This document shows, piece by piece, positions 34,660 to 36,383 of a stretch of 36,383 nucleotides of DNA; the stretch's first letter is position 1; each line of letters begins with the position of its first letter. A program made the translations under genes and the position numbers. Under the pieces are notes generated by a model. That model had not been told where the DNA came from. It worked only from the letters and a program-made list of their open reading frames with translations, and made no database searches. This stretch comes from an uncultured Gammaproteobacteria bacterium (lineage in GTDB: Bacteria; Pseudomonadota; Gammaproteobacteria; GCA-001735895), in assembly GCA_937980285.1 (NCBI GenBank), contig CALJQI010000063.1, forward strand, positions 1 to 36,383, given 5' to 3'.

Positions 34660-35116
34660 TACTGAATTGGCCGTCGCAAGGAGCGATGGCCGGTAAGCCG
34701 CTCCCGTGGACCCGAGGGGGCGGCTGTATGGCGCATCGGGTCAGCGGGATGGGTGAGCCGGAGACCCGAAAGCGCAGCCGGCAGCGCCAGAGAATTTCGT
34801 GGTCTGGCACGGATAAATTGCGCAAGCAATGAAAGGGGGAAATCCTTCAGTACCCCGCCCGGCAACGGGTCGACCCAGAAAAACCTCGTCCCCTCGCCTT
34901 CAGCTCGGCTGGAGGTAGCGATCAACACTCGCCAGGGATAAGGGGGAGCGCTTTCAGTCCGAGCTTCCCAGACAAGGGCGGAGCGCAGTTCCAGGGGCGC
35001 GGGGTATCGCAGGATAGCCCGCATCCCGAAGAGCACCTGGCGATCGAACAGAAAATTCGAACACCATTTTTAACAGGATTCCTGCTCACGCGGGAATGAC
35101 TGACTGGATCCTTTTT
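34660..35116 (+). ncRNA. candidate large structured RNA / structured rtcB leader (unclassified)
   Basis: No credible ORF. At least 9 hand-foldable helices with strand-specific G-U pairs. Two GCAA tetraloops. The 19-nt motif AAGGGGGA-N5-TTCAGT occurs twice. Three TTCAG-containing loops at 53-54-nt spacing. Ends are inferred, not observed. Confidence 0.45.
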
Positions 35117-35145
35117 CATTAAACTAAAGCCACAGGAGGTTAATC

Positions 35146-36336
35146 ATGATCAAGATGAAAATGACCAAGGGAAAGTCGCCGGTACTGGTGTGGACCGACG
35201 ACGTTGAATCATCCGCGCATGATCAACTGGCACGCATGGCTAACCTTTCGATCGTGCACAGCCACATCGCGGTGATGCCCGACGTCCACATGGGCAAGGG
35301 CGCCACCGTCGGCTCGGTCATCCCGACGCGGGAAGCGATCATCCCGGCAGCGGTCGGAGTCGATATTGGCTGCGGTATGTGTGCGCTGCGAACCTCGCTG
35401 CATGCCGACCAACTGCCGGAATCACTGCGTCAGCTGCGTAACCAGATCGAACGCGACGTTCCGGTCGGTTTCGACATGCACAGCAACCGCCGTGCACGCT
35501 TCGAGGCGGCTGCCGCGGTCGAACCCGGACTGAAGCAGATCCTGGATCGACATCCCGGCATCGCTTCGAAATCACGCAACAAGGATGCCTGGGCACGCCA
35601 GATCGGTACCCTGGGTGGCGGCAACCACTTCATCGAGCTGTGCCTGGACGAAGAAGACCGCGTCTGGGTCATGCTGCATTCCGGCAGCCGCGGCATCGGT
35701 AACAGAATCGGCCAGTACTTCATCGAAAAGGCAAAGGAGGTGATCGCTAAAACCGACGTTCAACTGCCGGACAGGGATCTGGCTTACCTGGTCGAGGGAA
35801 GCGGCCTGTTCGCCGACTACTGGCAGGCGCTGACCTGGGCGCAGGAGTACGCGTCCCGCAACCGGCAGGAAATGCTGGATATCGTGCTCGAGGCGCTAGC
35901 AAGGCATTTGCCGCCGTTCGAGCTGGATGAAGCAGCGATCAACTGCCACCACAACTACGCGGCCAGGGAAGTCCATGACGGCACCGAAATCTACGTTACC
36001 CGCAAGGGCGCGATTCGTGCCGGCGCCGGAGAGCTGGGAATCATTCCCGGCTCGATGGGGGCGAGGTCTTACATCGTACGCGGCAAGGGCAACGCGAAAT
36101 CGTTCTGTTCCTGCGCGCACGGTGCCGGACGGCGCATGTCGCGTAGCGCCGCAAGGAAGCACTTTACCCGGGACGATCTGCTGGAGCAGACCGAGGGCGT
36201 CGAATGCCGCAAGGATAAGGGCGTCATCGATGAAATCCCGGGGGCCTACAAGGACATCGACCAGGTCATGGAAAACCAGGTCGACCTGGTCGAAACCGTG
36301 CATACCCTGAAGCAGGTGCTGTGCGTCAAGGGCTGA
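35146..36336 (+). CDS. rtcB: RNA 3'-phosphate/5'-OH ligase RtcB
   Basis: AGGAGG SD (35134-35139). Motifs MPDVHMGKG, GVDIGCGM, GTLGGGNHFIE, HSGSRGIG, PGSMG and CAHGAGR (nucleophilic His). Confidence 0.92.
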   Translation: MIKMKMTKGKSPVLVWTDDVESSAHDQLARMANLSIVHSHIAVMPDVHMGKGATVGSVIPTREAIIPAAVGVDIGCGMCALRTSLHADQLPESLRQLRNQIERDVPVGFDMHSNRRARFEAAAAVEPGLKQILDRHPGIASKSRNKDAWARQIGTLGGGNHFIELCLDEEDRVWVMLHSGSRGIGNRIGQYFIEKAKEVIAKTDVQLPDRDLAYLVEGSGLFADYWQALTWAQEYASRNRQEMLDIVLEALARHLPPFELDEAAINCHHNYAAREVHDGTEIYVTRKGAIRAGAGELGIIPGSMGARSYIVRGKGNAKSFCSCAHGAGRRMSRSAARKHFTRDDLLEQTEGVECRKDKGVIDEIPGAYKDIDQVMENQVDLVETVHTLKQVLCVKG

Positions 36337-36347
36337 CCGGGGTCCTG

Positions 36348-36377
36348 GAGCCGGGCGGGAATCCGCCCGTCCGGCTC
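36348..36377 (+). terminator. strong hairpin after rtcB (possible terminator; U-tract weak and truncated by the window end)
   Basis: 12-bp stem GAGCCGGGCGGG / CCGCCCGTCCGGCTC-type pairing with one G-U, followed by ATTTCA and then the window end. Confidence 0.4.
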
Positions 36378-36383
36378 ATTTCA

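Noticed and set aside
34805-34821. Sigma54-like TGGCACG...TTGC inside the structured region upstream of rtcB (rtcBA is sigma54-dependent in E. coli).
   Set aside because: The GG and GC dinucleotides are 14 nt apart instead of the strictly required 12 (N6 rather than N4 between TGGCACG and TTGC). No RtcR-like activator gene is present.
34593-35036. 147-aa ORF on the minus strand covering the candidate RNA, and the 62-aa plus-strand ORF 34753..34941.
   Set aside because: Both have an Arg/Pro/Leu/Ser-rich low-complexity composition typical of GC-rich non-coding frames. Neither has an SD or a recognisable motif. The helices with G-U pairs favour a plus-strand RNA.
34655-35140. CsrA/RsmA-sponge idea: many GGA triplets, including an AAGGA hairpin loop at 34678-34682.
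   Set aside because: About 16 GGA triplets in about 500 nt is only modestly above what this base composition gives by chance. Few of them lie in ANGGA hairpin loops.
1-36383. Scan for tRNA T-arm signatures (GGTTCGAATCC-like), CRISPR-like spaced repeats, IS terminal repeats or transposases, and integrases.
   Set aside because: None was found by eye. The only TTCGAA-containing candidates (for example 35056-35063, part of a TCGAACA direct repeat) lack a flanking acceptor or T stem.

Overview
GC-rich, proteobacterial-type chromosomal window with about 45 genes. I recognised no rRNA, tRNA, CRISPR array, transposase or integrase. All calls come from reading the sequence and ORF translations by eye; no searches were run.

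**Left third (about 3.2-10.2 kb).** A heme d1 biosynthesis cluster, nirE-nirC-nirF-nirD-nirL-nirGH(fused)-nirJ. It is flanked by a divergent membrane-anchored bacteriohemerythrin and a convergent Dnr-type Crp/Fnr regulator. One FNR/Dnr box (TTGAC-N4-ATCAA) sits symmetrically between hemerythrin and nirE.

**Middle.**
- Housekeeping-like genes: GDPD phosphodiesterase, Sir2 deacylase and a MetE-like methyltransferase.
- A nucleotide second-messenger neighbourhood: an orphan sensor kinase, a DsbA-like/pseudo-receiver/GGDEF protein and a class III cyclase.
- A translationally coupled GIY-YIG/AlkB pair.
- A 0.5-kb tandem duplication of a SnoaL-like gene.
- A second, perfect FNR box between a flavoprotein gene and an acyl-CoA ligase/SDR pair.

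**Right third.**
- A four-gene periplasmic redox/copper-type operon: a Cys-rich peptide, cytochrome c, a cytochrome c-DsbC fusion, and a cupredoxin broken by an in-frame TAA.
- A GbsR / saccharopine-dehydrogenase-like / DUF4166 operon behind a perfect 30-bp palindrome.
- An orphan membrane protein.

**Most unusual locus (34.2-36.4 kb).** An XRE-family regulator is divergent from an operator-flanked promoter. That promoter feeds about 0.86 kb of ORF-poor sequence before the RNA ligase gene rtcB. In order, this sequence contains a small ORF abutting mutually exclusive hairpins, an intrinsic terminator, an rrn-type boxB/boxA antitermination signature, and a roughly 450-nt densely structured RNA candidate with repeated loop motifs.
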